Shown here piece after piece: positions 17,225-26,130 of a stretch of DNA of 32,000 bases. This DNA is from Methanopyrus kandleri AV19 (GTDB taxonomy: Archaea; JAADCQ01; Methanopyri; Methanopyrales; Methanopyraceae). The stretch lies in assembly GCF_000007185.1 (NCBI RefSeq), contig NC_003551.1, forward strand, positions 540,001 through 572,000, written 5' to 3'. Position 1 is the stretch's first letter. The number at the start of each line of letters is the position of its first letter. The notes below the pieces were generated by a model. That model saw only the letters and a list, made by a program, of their open reading frames with translations, ran no database searches and was not told the DNA's origin. The position numbers and the translations under genes were made by a program.

Positions 17225-18235
17225 GTGCCTGAGCTCCCCTACGTCGCCGTCCCCAAACATATGGCGGAACGCGCTAGGAGGGTACTGTCTCGAGAGGATC
17301 TTCTCGCCAAGGACGTCAAAGCGCGACGAGAAGAGGACATGGTGCTTTTTCCCGTACGCGATGCCGGACGTGCGGGCAGTGTGCTCGAAGAACTCGGGAT
17401 ACCCTACGAAGCGGGTGAAGCCGAGTTCGAACGGACAGTCGAACACCGGAGCGTAGAGGAGGTCCTCGAAGACAGCTTCGGATGGTCCGTGCCCGTACCT
17501 TACGACGTGATCGGCGACGTGGCCGTGGTTCAAATACCCGACGAGCTGCGTGGGCACGAACGCGAAGTCGGCCGGGCGATCATGAAAGTTCACCGACGGG
17601 TGAGGGCGGTCTTCGAGCGCGGTCCCGTCCGGGGAGTCTTCCGCGTTCGGGACCTCCGCCGCATAGCCGGGAAGGGCCCCGCGGTGACCGAACATCGAGA
17701 GCACAGGTGCAGGTTCCGGGTCGATCTGGCGCGGTGTTACTTCAACCCTAGGCTGGCCACCGAGCGCCGGTTGCTCGCCGAGGACGTCGTGGAGGAAGGA
17801 TCCACGGTACTCGACCTTTTCGCCGGCGTGGGTCCCATCACGGTGATCCTGAAGCGGTTCGTCCCGAGCGTAGAGGTGACCGCCTGCGAACTGAACCCAG
17901 TCGCGTACAGGTACCTCCTGGAGAACCTCCGGCTGAACAGGGTCGAGGCGAGGGCCTTCCTGGGCGATGCACGCGAGGTGTCGCGGCTGGTGGGGCGGTT
18001 CGACTACGTGATCATGAACGTACCCAAGATGGCGCACCGGTTCGTCGAAACCGCGGTACGGTGTGTACGGCCCGAGGGTAGGCTGATCTACTACCGGATA
18101 GCTCCGAACGCCGAGGAAGCGTTCGAGGAGCTCCGTAGGAAGGCCGATAGACCGGTGGAACTCGAGTCTCACCGGGAGGTGAAGCCGTACTCCCCGGAGG
18201 AGTCGCTTTACCGGCTCGTGGTCCGCGTTCACTGA
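17225..18235 (+). CDS. trm5: tRNA (guanine37-N1)-methyltransferase Trm5-like
   Basis: FRVDLARCYFNPRLATERRLLAEDVVEEGSTVLDLFAGVGPITVILKR, ACELNPVAYRYLLENLRLNRV, DYVIMNVPKMAHRFVETA. Confidence 0.88.
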   Translation: MPELPYVAVPKHMAERARRVLSREDLLAKDVKARREEDMVLFPVRDAGRAGSVLEELGIPYEAGEAEFERTVEHRSVEEVLEDSFGWSVPVPYDVIGDVAVVQIPDELRGHEREVGRAIMKVHRRVRAVFERGPVRGVFRVRDLRRIAGKGPAVTEHREHRCRFRVDLARCYFNPRLATERRLLAEDVVEEGSTVLDLFAGVGPITVILKRFVPSVEVTACELNPVAYRYLLENLRLNRVEARAFLGDAREVSRLVGRFDYVIMNVPKMAHRFVETAVRCVRPEGRLIYYRIAPNAEEAFEELRRKADRPVELESHREVKPYSPEESLYRLVVRVH

Positions 18236-18702
18236 TTCAGACGCTTTCTCAGCTCGTGGAGTAGGATCGCTACGGCGCCTACCTCACCCACGTTACGCTC
18301 CGTACCCACGTACACGGCCTCGTCACCGAGCTCGAGCTCCTGTTTCGTCAATCCCGGTCTGGCGCTGCCGAAGACGAAGCAGACCTCCCTCTCCTGCTCG
18401 ATCTCTTCGACCACGGCGTCGAAGTCCAGCGGCTTCGCCCCACCGTGCTCGGCATCCTCGGCCATGTACGTCACGTCCGGGGAGAGCGCCTTCAGGGCCT
18501 CCTCCAGGTCCTGAAAGAACAGGAGCTCGACTCCGGCCTCCAGGCAGATCCTCTGCGCCTTGGGCACCCCTTCCTGGGCCGCGCTACCGAGTGCTCTGCT
18601 GATGACGAACCGCTTCGCCCCGAAACCGGCCACGGTCCTGGCCATCTCCTCCACCTTCCTGGGGCTGTGCACGTTGTGGTACACAACGGTCACGGGAATC
18701 AC
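18229..18702 (-). CDS. SPOUT-fold-like archaeal protein (putative RNA methyltransferase)
   Basis: FGSARPGLTKQELELGDEAVYVGTERNVGEVGAVAILLHELRKRL resembles the SPOUT knot region; convergent with trm5 and overlapping by 7 nt. Confidence 0.6.
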   Translation of the reverse strand: MIPVTVVYHNVHSPRKVEEMARTVAGFGAKRFVISRALGSAAQEGVPKAQRICLEAGVELLFFQDLEEALKALSPDVTYMAEDAEHGGAKPLDFDAVVEEIEQEREVCFVFGSARPGLTKQELELGDEAVYVGTERNVGEVGAVAILLHELRKRLNQ

Positions 18703-18752
18703 ATGGAAACCCCCAAATAATAATACTCAAACGGGTCGTCGGGGGCGGTCCC

Positions 18753-19712
18753 GTGAAGAAGGTGGTAGCCCTGGGCATAGTCATCGTGGCGGTCCTCGGC
18801 GGTGCGCTCGGATATTACTATTACACGACGACGTCCAACGTGGTCCGGATCGGTTACCAACCCAGCGACCACTCCGCGGCCCTCTTCGTGGCCATGGCCA
18901 AGAAGATGTTCGAGAAGGAAGGGATCAAGGTGGAGACGTACGAGTTCAAGGCCGGACCGCCGGAGACGCAGGCGCTGGCGGCGGGTAAGATCGACGTCGC
19001 CTACATCGGGTGCGTCCCGGCGATCACGGCGTACTCCAAGGGTGTGCCGATCAAGATCGTCGCGGGAGTGAACCAGGAGGGTTCCGCGATCGTGGTGCGT
19101 AAGGACGAGGCCGGCAAGATCAAGGACATCAAGGACCTGAAGGGCAAGCGGGTCGCGGAGCTCATGAAGGGATCCATCCAGGATTGTATGCTGAGAACCG
19201 CGCTGAAGCGGGCGGGCCTGGACCCCGATAAGGACGTGGACATCGTCGAGATGAAGACGGCCGACGCCGTGAACGCGCTCGGGGCGAAGCAGATCGACGC
19301 GTTCATCGAGCCCGAGCCGGGTCCGACGATGGCCGTCAAGAAAGGGTTCGGCGTCCGGCTAATGGACACCGGTAAGATCTGGTCCCACCACCAGTGCTGC
19401 GTGCTCGTGATGCGGAAGGACTTCATCGAGCGCCACCCGAACCTCGCCAAGAAGGTGCTCAAGGTCCACGTGATGGCCACGAAGTACGTGCAGGAGCACC
19501 CCGACGAGGCCGCCAAGATCACGGCGAAGCAGCTAAAAGTACCCGAGGAGGTAGAGAAGGAGGCGATGCGACACGTTCGCTACTCCGTGGATCTGGACGT
19601 GGACAGCATCAAGATGTTCGCCAGGTTCCTCAAACAGCTCGGTTACATCAAGGAACTGCCGGACTGGTCCGACTTCATCGACCTGAAACTGCTCAAGGAG
19701 GTGGCCGGTTAG
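18753..19712 (+). CDS. ABC transporter substrate-binding protein, NitT/TauT/SsuA type
   Basis: Signal anchor MKKVVALGIVIVAVLGGALGYYYY, then VRIGYQPSDHSAALFVAMAKKMFEKEGIKVE...PPETQALAAGKIDVAYIG. Confidence 0.88.
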   Translation: MKKVVALGIVIVAVLGGALGYYYYTTTSNVVRIGYQPSDHSAALFVAMAKKMFEKEGIKVETYEFKAGPPETQALAAGKIDVAYIGCVPAITAYSKGVPIKIVAGVNQEGSAIVVRKDEAGKIKDIKDLKGKRVAELMKGSIQDCMLRTALKRAGLDPDKDVDIVEMKTADAVNALGAKQIDAFIEPEPGPTMAVKKGFGVRLMDTGKIWSHHQCCVLVMRKDFIERHPNLAKKVLKVHVMATKYVQEHPDEAAKITAKQLKVPEEVEKEAMRHVRYSVDLDVDSIKMFARFLKQLGYIKELPDWSDFIDLKLLKEVAG

Positions 19713-20467
19713 TGATACGGAACGGCGACGAGCGACTCGAGACCCTGCTGAAGGTATCGGCGCCGGTCGCCGTGCTCGCGATCTGGCAGGCCGTGAGCGG
19801 ACTCGGCCTGATCAACCCGGTCCTCCTTCCCCCTCCCTCCCAGGTCTTCTCGGTGTTCGTCGAGATGCCCGGGGAGATACTGAAACACGCGCTGACCAGC
19901 CTCTACCGGGTGGCGGTCGGGTACTCGATCGCGGCGGTCGCGGGAGTCTCGCTGGGCGTCCTGATGGGAACGTACCGTACGGCCCACGCCGCGATGGACC
20001 TCCTGATCGAGATCATCCGTCCGATACCGCCGATAGCGTGGATACCGCTGGCCATCGTGTGGTTCGGGATCGGCGACCCGTCCGCGTTCTTCATCATCTT
20101 CGTGGGCTCGTTCTTCCCGATACTGATCAACACGATCTCCGGTATCAGGAGTGTCGACCGAATCTACGTCGAGGCGGCCCTCAACCTGGGCGCCGACGAC
20201 ACCGCGTTGATCCGGCACGTACTGGTGCCCGGGGCACTGCCCAACATCTTCACCGGTCTGCGGGTGGGACTGGGAGTCGGCTGGATGTGCGTCGTGGCGG
20301 CCGAGATGATCGCGGCGAAGTCCGGACTCGGATACATGATCATCGAGGCGCAGCGTATCCTGGCGACCGACCAGGTCATCGCGGGCATGATCACGATCGG
20401 GCTCCTGGGCCTCGTGATGGACCGTGGGTTCAGATACCTCGAGAGGAGGGCGCTCGTATGGCGGTGA
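19712..20467 (+). CDS. ABC transporter permease, NitT/TauT/SsuC type
   Basis: GTG start overlapping stop of upstream gene (TAGTG); hydrophobic segments; EAALNLGADDTALIRHVLVPGALPNIFTGLRVGLGVGWMCVVAAE EAA loop. Confidence 0.9.
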   Translation: MIRNGDERLETLLKVSAPVAVLAIWQAVSGLGLINPVLLPPPSQVFSVFVEMPGEILKHALTSLYRVAVGYSIAAVAGVSLGVLMGTYRTAHAAMDLLIEIIRPIPPIAWIPLAIVWFGIGDPSAFFIIFVGSFFPILINTISGIRSVDRIYVEAALNLGADDTALIRHVLVPGALPNIFTGLRVGLGVGWMCVVAAEMIAAKSGLGYMIIEAQRILATDQVIAGMITIGLLGLVMDRGFRYLERRALVWR

Positions 20468-21198
20468 TCCTGAAGGTGGAGGACCTGCACAAGAGCTACG
20501 ACGACCTGAAGGTGCTGGACGGCATCACGTTCGAGGTCTCGGAAGGTGAGTTCTTCGCGATCGTAGGCCCCAGCGGGTGCGGTAAGACGACGCTCCTCAA
20601 GATAATCGCCGGACTGGAGGACTACGACGCGGGCAGGGTCCTGGTGGACGGCGAGGAGGTTCGGGAGCCCGGACCCGACCGCGCCCTGGTCTTCCAAGAG
20701 TATGCTATCTTCCCGTGGAAGACCGTGCTGGAGAACGTCATGTTCGCCCCGCTGATGCAGGGCAAGGACCCGGAGGAGGCCGAGCGCATCGCCCGGGAGT
20801 GCCTCAAGGTCGTCCCGGGACTCGAGGGGTTCGAGGACGCCTACCCCAAGCAACTCTCCGGCGGTATGAAGCAGCGCGTCGCCATCGCCAGGGCGCTGGC
20901 GGCCGAGCCCAGGATCCTGCTCATGGACGAGCCGTTCGCCGCCGTGGACGCCCAGACGCGCAACAAGATGCAGGAGGAGCTCCTGAAAATATGGGAGAGA
21001 ACGGGGCAGACCATCCTCCTGGTGACGCATAACGTCGAGGAGGCGGTGTTCCTGGCCGACCGCGTGATGGTACTCTCACCCAGGCCCGCCGAGATAGTCG
21101 ATATAGTCGAGATCGACCTACCACGACCAAGGGACAGGACCGACCCCGAGTTCGTCGAGCTGCGGGCCCGAATACTCGACATGATCGGAAGCCGATGA
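20458..21198 (+). CDS. ABC transporter ATP-binding protein, NitT/TauT/SsuB type
   Basis: Walker A VGPSGCGKTTLLKIIAGL, signature LSGGMKQRVAIARAL, Walker B RILLMDEPFAAVDAQTR; ATG 20458. Confidence 0.93.
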   Translation: MAVILKVEDLHKSYDDLKVLDGITFEVSEGEFFAIVGPSGCGKTTLLKIIAGLEDYDAGRVLVDGEEVREPGPDRALVFQEYAIFPWKTVLENVMFAPLMQGKDPEEAERIARECLKVVPGLEGFEDAYPKQLSGGMKQRVAIARALAAEPRILLMDEPFAAVDAQTRNKMQEELLKIWERTGQTILLVTHNVEEAVFLADRVMVLSPRPAEIVDIVEIDLPRPRDRTDPEFVELRARILDMIGSR

Positions 21199-21220
21199 TG
21201 ACAAGAGGGTTAGCCGAACC

Positions 21221-22033
21221 GTGACGAGCGTTTGCCGGTCCGAGGCCCTCAGGTTCTGGAAACGACTGGGCTGTACCTCGCTCACGTTCAACGCCCCGAT
21301 GTCGGGCCACACGGGACCCGAGCTGGCGCCCGAGCTGGAGCGCCACGGCGTAGGGATGGTGATACTCGGCGGTTACCCCGGCGACGACGCCACTTACCGG
21401 GCCTCGAAGCTGGTGGCACGCCGACGGGACGAGTTCGCGGTGCCGCCCGACCGCTTACCGGAGGAGCTGTCACGCGTCGACGTGGAGATACCGGTGGCCG
21501 TGAACGTGAGGTTCGCGGACCCCCGTGAGGCCGGGGAACTCTCCGGTGAACTGGCGGACCTCGTGGACGTCGTCGAGATCAACGCCCACTGTCGACAACC
21601 CGAGATCGTCCGAGCCGGCGCGGGCGAGGCGCTGCTCGAGGACCGGACACGGCTGATCGAGATCGTCGAAGCCGTGGCGGAGCACGACGTGTACGTCTCC
21701 GTGAAGCTCCGCGGACCGCACCCCGCGTTCGAAGACGCGCTGGAAGCCCTGCGGGACTCGTCGGTGGACGTCCTACACGTGGACGCCATGAAACCTGGCG
21801 AACCGACGTACGAGCTGGAGTACGTCCGGGCGGCGGCTCGGGTCGGGGTTCCGGTTATCGGGAACAACTCGGTCCGCACGCCCGAGGACGTCGACCGCAT
21901 GTTCGAGGCCGGTGCATCCGCGGTGTCCGTGGGTCGACCGATCCTCGAGGGAGACTGGGACGTCCTCGAACGGCTCGTCCGGTACACCGTACTGAGGAAA
22001 AGTAGCGAAGGGGCAGGACTTGCCCGCACGTGA
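21221..22033 (+). CDS. Dihydroorotate dehydrogenase / dihydrouridine synthase-like TIM-barrel protein
   Basis: NAPMSGHTGPELAPELERHGVGMVILGGYPGDD, VEINAHCRQPEI, VYVSVKLRG, VPVIGNNSVRTPEDVDRMFEAGASAVSVGRPIL. Confidence 0.65.
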   Translation: MTSVCRSEALRFWKRLGCTSLTFNAPMSGHTGPELAPELERHGVGMVILGGYPGDDATYRASKLVARRRDEFAVPPDRLPEELSRVDVEIPVAVNVRFADPREAGELSGELADLVDVVEINAHCRQPEIVRAGAGEALLEDRTRLIEIVEAVAEHDVYVSVKLRGPHPAFEDALEALRDSSVDVLHVDAMKPGEPTYELEYVRAAARVGVPVIGNNSVRTPEDVDRMFEAGASAVSVGRPILEGDWDVLERLVRYTVLRKSSEGAGLART

Positions 22034-22084
22034 GGACCGGCCGTTGGCCCCGGCTCATAAGAGCCACCGATTCAGGGCACTGTC

Positions 22085-22160
22085 CGACCGGTCTCAGGGT
22101 GGCGGTGCACCCGATTACCCCCTACCTCTCCCGAGCTCCCCATGGGAGCTGCGGTTCATC
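22085..22160 (-). ncRNA. Possible omega-RNA / right-end structured region downstream of tnpB
   Basis: 7-bp hairpin AGCTCCC-CAT-GGGAGCT at 22134-22150, just beyond the tnpB stop, where TnpB guide RNAs usually end. Boundaries are guesses. Confidence 0.3.
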
Positions 22161-23634
22161 GGTTCGGGGTTATGGGTGGCTTGTGATTCGAGGGCAAGAC
22201 AGTGGTACAGTTCGAACCCGTTAAGTACTCCAGCTCCGGTTCGGGAGGGTCATCGGTGGCCCTCGTTAGCAGGTTATAGGCCCTCACGATGTCAGCATTC
22301 ATAGTTTTTCCACACTTTGAGCAGATCACTAGCCCTCCGTTCCGTTTGCATTTACTTCTGCACATCGGACATGTTACCGAAGTGTACGCAGGACTAGCCT
22401 CAATGACCTCTATACCGTACTCTTCACATTTCCGTTTGATCTCCCTTATAATTCGCTTGTAGGCCCAGTATGCTAGCTCCCCATGCAGCTTTTGGCGTAA
22501 GCCTTTAAGATCCTCAATAACTAATAGCGTTACCTCACGACTGAGCAAGATCTGAACTAGTTTGCTCACCAAATGCCGGATCGCGTCCATGATCGCCCGG
22601 TGAGCTTTAACGTAATACTGTTTCAGACGGTGAGAGAAATTAGCCCCATTTTTGTTGAGTCGCCGCTGTTCTTTCGGGGCCTTGATTTTTCTCCAGTATG
22701 ACCACCGAGACCATGCGTCACCCCATCGTACCAGAACCGGTTTCTTCCCATCTGAGAAATAAACAGCGGCGAATATGCGGCGGCCGATGTCAACAGCTGC
22801 GGCGTTCTCACAGTTATTTCCAGTCCGAGGTATAGGTCGAACCCGACCATTTGGAGTTAGCCGAGAGACGAGCCAGCTTTCGCCCTTATTCACCTTCATA
22901 TTCAAAGTAAGGTAATGAGCGTTATCTGCCCAACTATAGACGATCTCGCTACGCCCGAAGAACTCCTTGCCGTCGTCTCCGTTTAGGATAATCTTATCCG
23001 CTCTTTTGGGTTCTTTCACTCGGTTCGGGTGCCAGGGAAACCATCCCACGAACTCGAGCCTGACACCACGGCCGCGACCACGCTTAAATCCGACGTTGGG
23101 GAGGTTGTCGACGACATCGCCAAGTCCTAAGATTTCAATAACGCCACGATGTTCCAATGGATCGTACTCGAACCGTCGGATCTGGGAAGCTAGGAATACG
23201 AATCGCGGTTCCCTACCGAGCGGACCTTTCCAGTATCGTGGAGGTTGACAGATCGTTCTACGTTTGTTCGACTTTACCTCTTTGATTTGTTTGAAATAAG
23301 ATCGCCAAGCTTCAGTGTTCTTTTCCCCAATTGCGACTACTGTTTGAGTACCTAAAATTGGCCCATATTCTCTATAAATTCTCCTGAATGTAAGTTCTGA
23401 CCTAGAAACGGCGACAGCATCCAACTTGCCTTTGAAGAAAAATCGACGGCGAAGGTAGTTTAACTCGTTATACACGGCGGTACATCTGTCACTGAGGAAA
23501 ATCAGGTCTCTGCGGTACCCCTCAGGGCCGACAATTTTGAGGGTGATCGAGCGGTATCTATAGTCGGACCTAAGTGGCACGGATAGTACCCCTTGACGTG
23601 AGCAGGTTCTTGGTCGCAGCGTCTGAACCAACAA
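22156..23634 (-). mobile_element. tnpB: Stand-alone TnpB/OrfB (IS200/IS605-family associated RNA-guided nuclease); no TnpA seen
   Basis: RuvC-like residues in AAVDIGRRIFAAVYF, LLVIEDLKGLR, NADIVRAYNLLTRA; zinc ribbon CPMCRSKCKRNGGLVICSKCGK. Exact start uncertain. Confidence 0.88.
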
Positions 23635-23636
23635 TC

Positions 23637-23645
23637 AATATAAAT
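23637..23645 (+). promoter_or_regulatory. TATA-like box (AATATAAAT) upstream of tRNA-Leu
   Basis: ACAATCAATATAAATCTCCC about 26-34 nt before the tRNA 5-prime end. Confidence 0.5.
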
Positions 23646-23670
23646 CTCCCTATGATGGCCTGAAATGGGC

Positions 23671-23760
23671 GCGGGGGCGCCCGAGCCTGGTCGAAGGGGG
23701 CGGACTTAAGATCCGCTGGCCGTAGGGCCGTCCCGGGTTCAAATCCCGGCCCCCGCACCA
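23671..23760 (+). tRNA. tRNA-Leu, anticodon UAA, CCA encoded, C at position 8
   Basis: Acceptor GCGGGGG/CCCCCGC, A73 and CCA; anticodon arm GCGGA-CTTAAGA-TCCGC; long variable arm; T arm CCGGG-TTCAAAT-CCCGG. Position 8 is C. Confidence 0.95.
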
Positions 23761-23766
23761 AGCGAG

Positions 23767-23791
23767 AATCGTTATGAGAATAATAACGATT
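23767..23791. repeat. Dyad site D: AATCGTTA-N9-TAACGATT downstream of tRNA-Leu, perfect 8-bp arms
   Basis: AATCGTTA TGAGAATAA TAACGATT, starting 7 nt after the CCA. Confidence 0.6.
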
Positions 23792-23841
23792 ACTCGGACT
23801 GAAGCGACGCTCCCCGCGGCGACAGTTCACGTACGTCGGAG

Positions 23842-25068
23842 GTGATGTCGAGCTCGCGGGCGGTTTCCCAGGGCCCCTCTGGGGGGGGCACCCGAGGAGC
23901 GTCGGGGGAACGCGGTACCGTGGTGGGACGCGGTCGTTCCTTGGTATCCGTCCTGCGCACCCTGCTGAGGATCCCCGCGGTGCGACGATCTCTGGTCGTA
24001 CTGTCGTCAATCCTCCTGACGTCCACGGTCATCTTTCACTTCCTGGAGGGATGGCCGCTGCTGACCTGCCTGTACTTCACCGCGGCCACGATAACGACCG
24101 TGGGGTACGGCGACGTCGTCCCCACCACGGAGGCGGGTCGCCTGCTTTCCGTCATCGTCATGTTCTCCGGGATCGGCGTGGCCTCGTACGCCTTGGGAGA
24201 CATCATCCAGCTCGTCTTCCGAGGGGAGCTCTCCTTGGCGATCAAGGAGGACGTCCTCCGGAAGAGGATAAAGGAGGTCGAGAACCACATCATCGTGTGC
24301 GGGTTCGGCAGGACGGGTAGCCGCGTCGCCAGGTTACTCTCGGAACGGTACAAGTTCGACGTCGTGGTGGTGGATAAAGACGAGGAGGCCTACGAGCGGG
24401 CCGTATACCAAGGGTTTCCCGCGGTTCTGGGCGACGCGACGAGAGAAGACACGCTGCAGGAGGCCAACGTCGAGAGCGCCCGCGGTATGGTGGTGGCGAC
24501 GGGTGACGACCGCACCAACGTCTTCGTGACGCTGCTCGCGAAGAACTTCAGGCGGGACCTCCACGTCGTCGCGGTAGCCAACAGCCGGGAAGGTGCCAAG
24601 ATGATGGAGCGTGCCGGGGCCGACGAGGTGCTCTTCCTGTACGACTGCGCGTCCCGGCACATAGTACGGGCTGCCCTCTCCCCTACGATGTTCCGGGTGA
24701 CGGTGCGGCACTCCGTGGACGAGATCTCGGACGTCATGTGGATCATAATCGGCAACGGCGGTGTGGTGCAGTGCGTGGAGTACTACACCCCGCCCTTGAA
24801 ATCCCCGATCCGTAGGGACGTCGTGATAAGCTCCATGGACGAGGTGATGAGGTTCGTCAAGAGCCTGGAGAAGTACCCCGAAAGGAAGCGAACTCTGGAG
24901 GACCTCTACAGGGTCTCCGAGAACGTCCACACTTACTACGTGATCGTCCACAACGAGGAGGAGCGCGAGCGCATCCTCCGTGAGCTCGACCGACGCGGCT
25001 ACCTCGTCGGCGTCGACCTCACCATCGACGAGATCCTCCAAGAGATCGAGCGGCTCCGAGGCGAGTGA
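23842..25068 (+). CDS. Potassium channel, two-TM pore with C-terminal RCK (TrkA-N) domain, MthK-like
   Basis: Selectivity filter TITTVGYGDVVPTTEAGR; TrkA-N VENHIIVCGFGRTGSRVARLL...VVVDKDEEAYERAVYQGFPAVLGDATREDTL. Confidence 0.93.
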   Translation: MMSSSRAVSQGPSGGGTRGASGERGTVVGRGRSLVSVLRTLLRIPAVRRSLVVLSSILLTSTVIFHFLEGWPLLTCLYFTAATITTVGYGDVVPTTEAGRLLSVIVMFSGIGVASYALGDIIQLVFRGELSLAIKEDVLRKRIKEVENHIIVCGFGRTGSRVARLLSERYKFDVVVVDKDEEAYERAVYQGFPAVLGDATREDTLQEANVESARGMVVATGDDRTNVFVTLLAKNFRRDLHVVAVANSREGAKMMERAGADEVLFLYDCASRHIVRAALSPTMFRVTVRHSVDEISDVMWIIIGNGGVVQCVEYYTPPLKSPIRRDVVISSMDEVMRFVKSLEKYPERKRTLEDLYRVSENVHTYYVIVHNEEERERILRELDRRGYLVGVDLTIDEILQEIERLRGE

Positions 25069-25271
25069 CTCCCGCGTCCACTACCAGGCGGCCGGCACCC
25101 CGTTACCACCGGAGTTCGCCGGTCAGGCACTCATCGTCACGGTACCACCCTCCTCGGACCCCTTTTCCTTGTAATCGCCTCCGATCGACGCTCAAGCCAC
25201 CAATCCTCTCCTGCTTCTGGAATGTACTGAAAGTCCGGAATACTTTTATTGTCTCGCACGATTACAAAAGA

Positions 25272-25817
25272 ATGGTCGCGAACCCGTCCGGGGTGGCGAG
25301 AGTGTCCTGGCAGGGCGCCCCGTTACCGGCCGATCCGGTGGAACGCATTCGGTGCTTGCGTATCCTTCGAGAAACGTACCGGCGTAGGGCCAAGCCGAAG
25401 CCGCGGAAGACGTACCGGAAGATCGCGGGGAGGACGTACGGCCCGTACTACGTCGCGTACTTCGGGCGGACGAGGCGGCACCGCAGGGTCCGGCTGATCT
25501 ACCTGGGGAAGTCGAACCCGAGCGTGGATTTCGTCGAGTGGCTGGCCGGACAGTCGAGGGAGCGCGTGCTCGAGCTCGCCCGGCTCGCCGTCCGGCACCT
25601 CCGTACAGCGCTCGAGACGTTGTCCCACGAGGCTCGCGATGCCGGGGATGTACGTCGACTGGTCGCCCGAATCCTGGCACTCGCCTTCGACCTCGAGCCC
25701 GCGCGCTCGACCGGGCTCCGGGGTCCGCTCGAGCGCGCCCCGAGGTTCGTGAGGACCGTACTCGGACCCTGGGAGGCCTGGTTCGCGGAGAACGTCCTAC
25801 GTAAACTCCTCTCCTAG
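25272..25817 (+). CDS. Lineage-specific orphan protein, paralog of the 2479..3222 ORF
   Basis: TYRKIAGRTYGPYYVAYF...LIYLGKSNPSVDFVEWL and LRGPLERAPRFVRTVLGPWEAW; TATA-like TACTTTTATT at 25241-25250 about 22-31 nt before ATG 25272. Confidence 0.65.
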   Translation: MVANPSGVARVSWQGAPLPADPVERIRCLRILRETYRRRAKPKPRKTYRKIAGRTYGPYYVAYFGRTRRHRRVRLIYLGKSNPSVDFVEWLAGQSRERVLELARLAVRHLRTALETLSHEARDAGDVRRLVARILALAFDLEPARSTGLRGPLERAPRFVRTVLGPWEAWFAENVLRKLLS

Positions 25818-26034
25818 CGATAGTACGGGGTGGTGGGCGCCGAGCGACGTCCAGCCCGAGCTCGGGCGCTGAAGGACTGAGATTGAGTACGGGCGGTAGC
25901 GCGGTTCCCCCGATTCGACGACCACGGAGGTGCGCACCTCGCCCTGCGTCGTGTTCGGCCCGTTGGGCCTCGCGCCGCCCGCTCGAGCACGGAAAAGTTA
26001 TTAGTGGCTAGCCTCGCGATTAATTGTTGGAGAA

Positions 26035-26125
26035 GCCGGGGCGGCCGAGCCCGGTCCAAGGCGCGGGACTTGAGATCCCGTGGCCCGTATGGGCCGCCCG
26101 GGTTCAAATCCCGGCCCCGGCGCCA
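26035..26125 (+). tRNA. tRNA-Ser, anticodon UGA, CCA encoded, C at position 8
   Basis: Acceptor GCCGGGG/CCCCGGC, G73 and CCA; anticodon arm CGGGA-CTTGAGA-TCCCG; long variable arm; T arm CCGGG-TTCAAAT-CCCGG. Position 8 is C. Confidence 0.95.
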
Positions 26126-26130
26126 AACCC

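Noticed and set aside
17219-18232. Long minus-strand ORF (337 aa) opposite trm5
   Set aside because: Antisense shadow of a clearly recognised gene; Pro/His/Arg-rich composition typical of spurious ORFs in this genome.
19394-19711. N-terminal extension of the permease ORF
   Set aside because: The extension overlaps the substrate-binding gene in another frame with RRG-rich nonsense sequence; GTG 19712 is the sensible start.
22020-22304. Small ORFs covering the tnpB 3-prime flank
   Set aside because: Overlap the tnpB end and structured flank; no protein-like features.
25813-26034. Minus-strand ORF 25814..26107 as a gene
   Set aside because: It overlaps tRNA-Ser and has low-complexity Arg/Ala composition.
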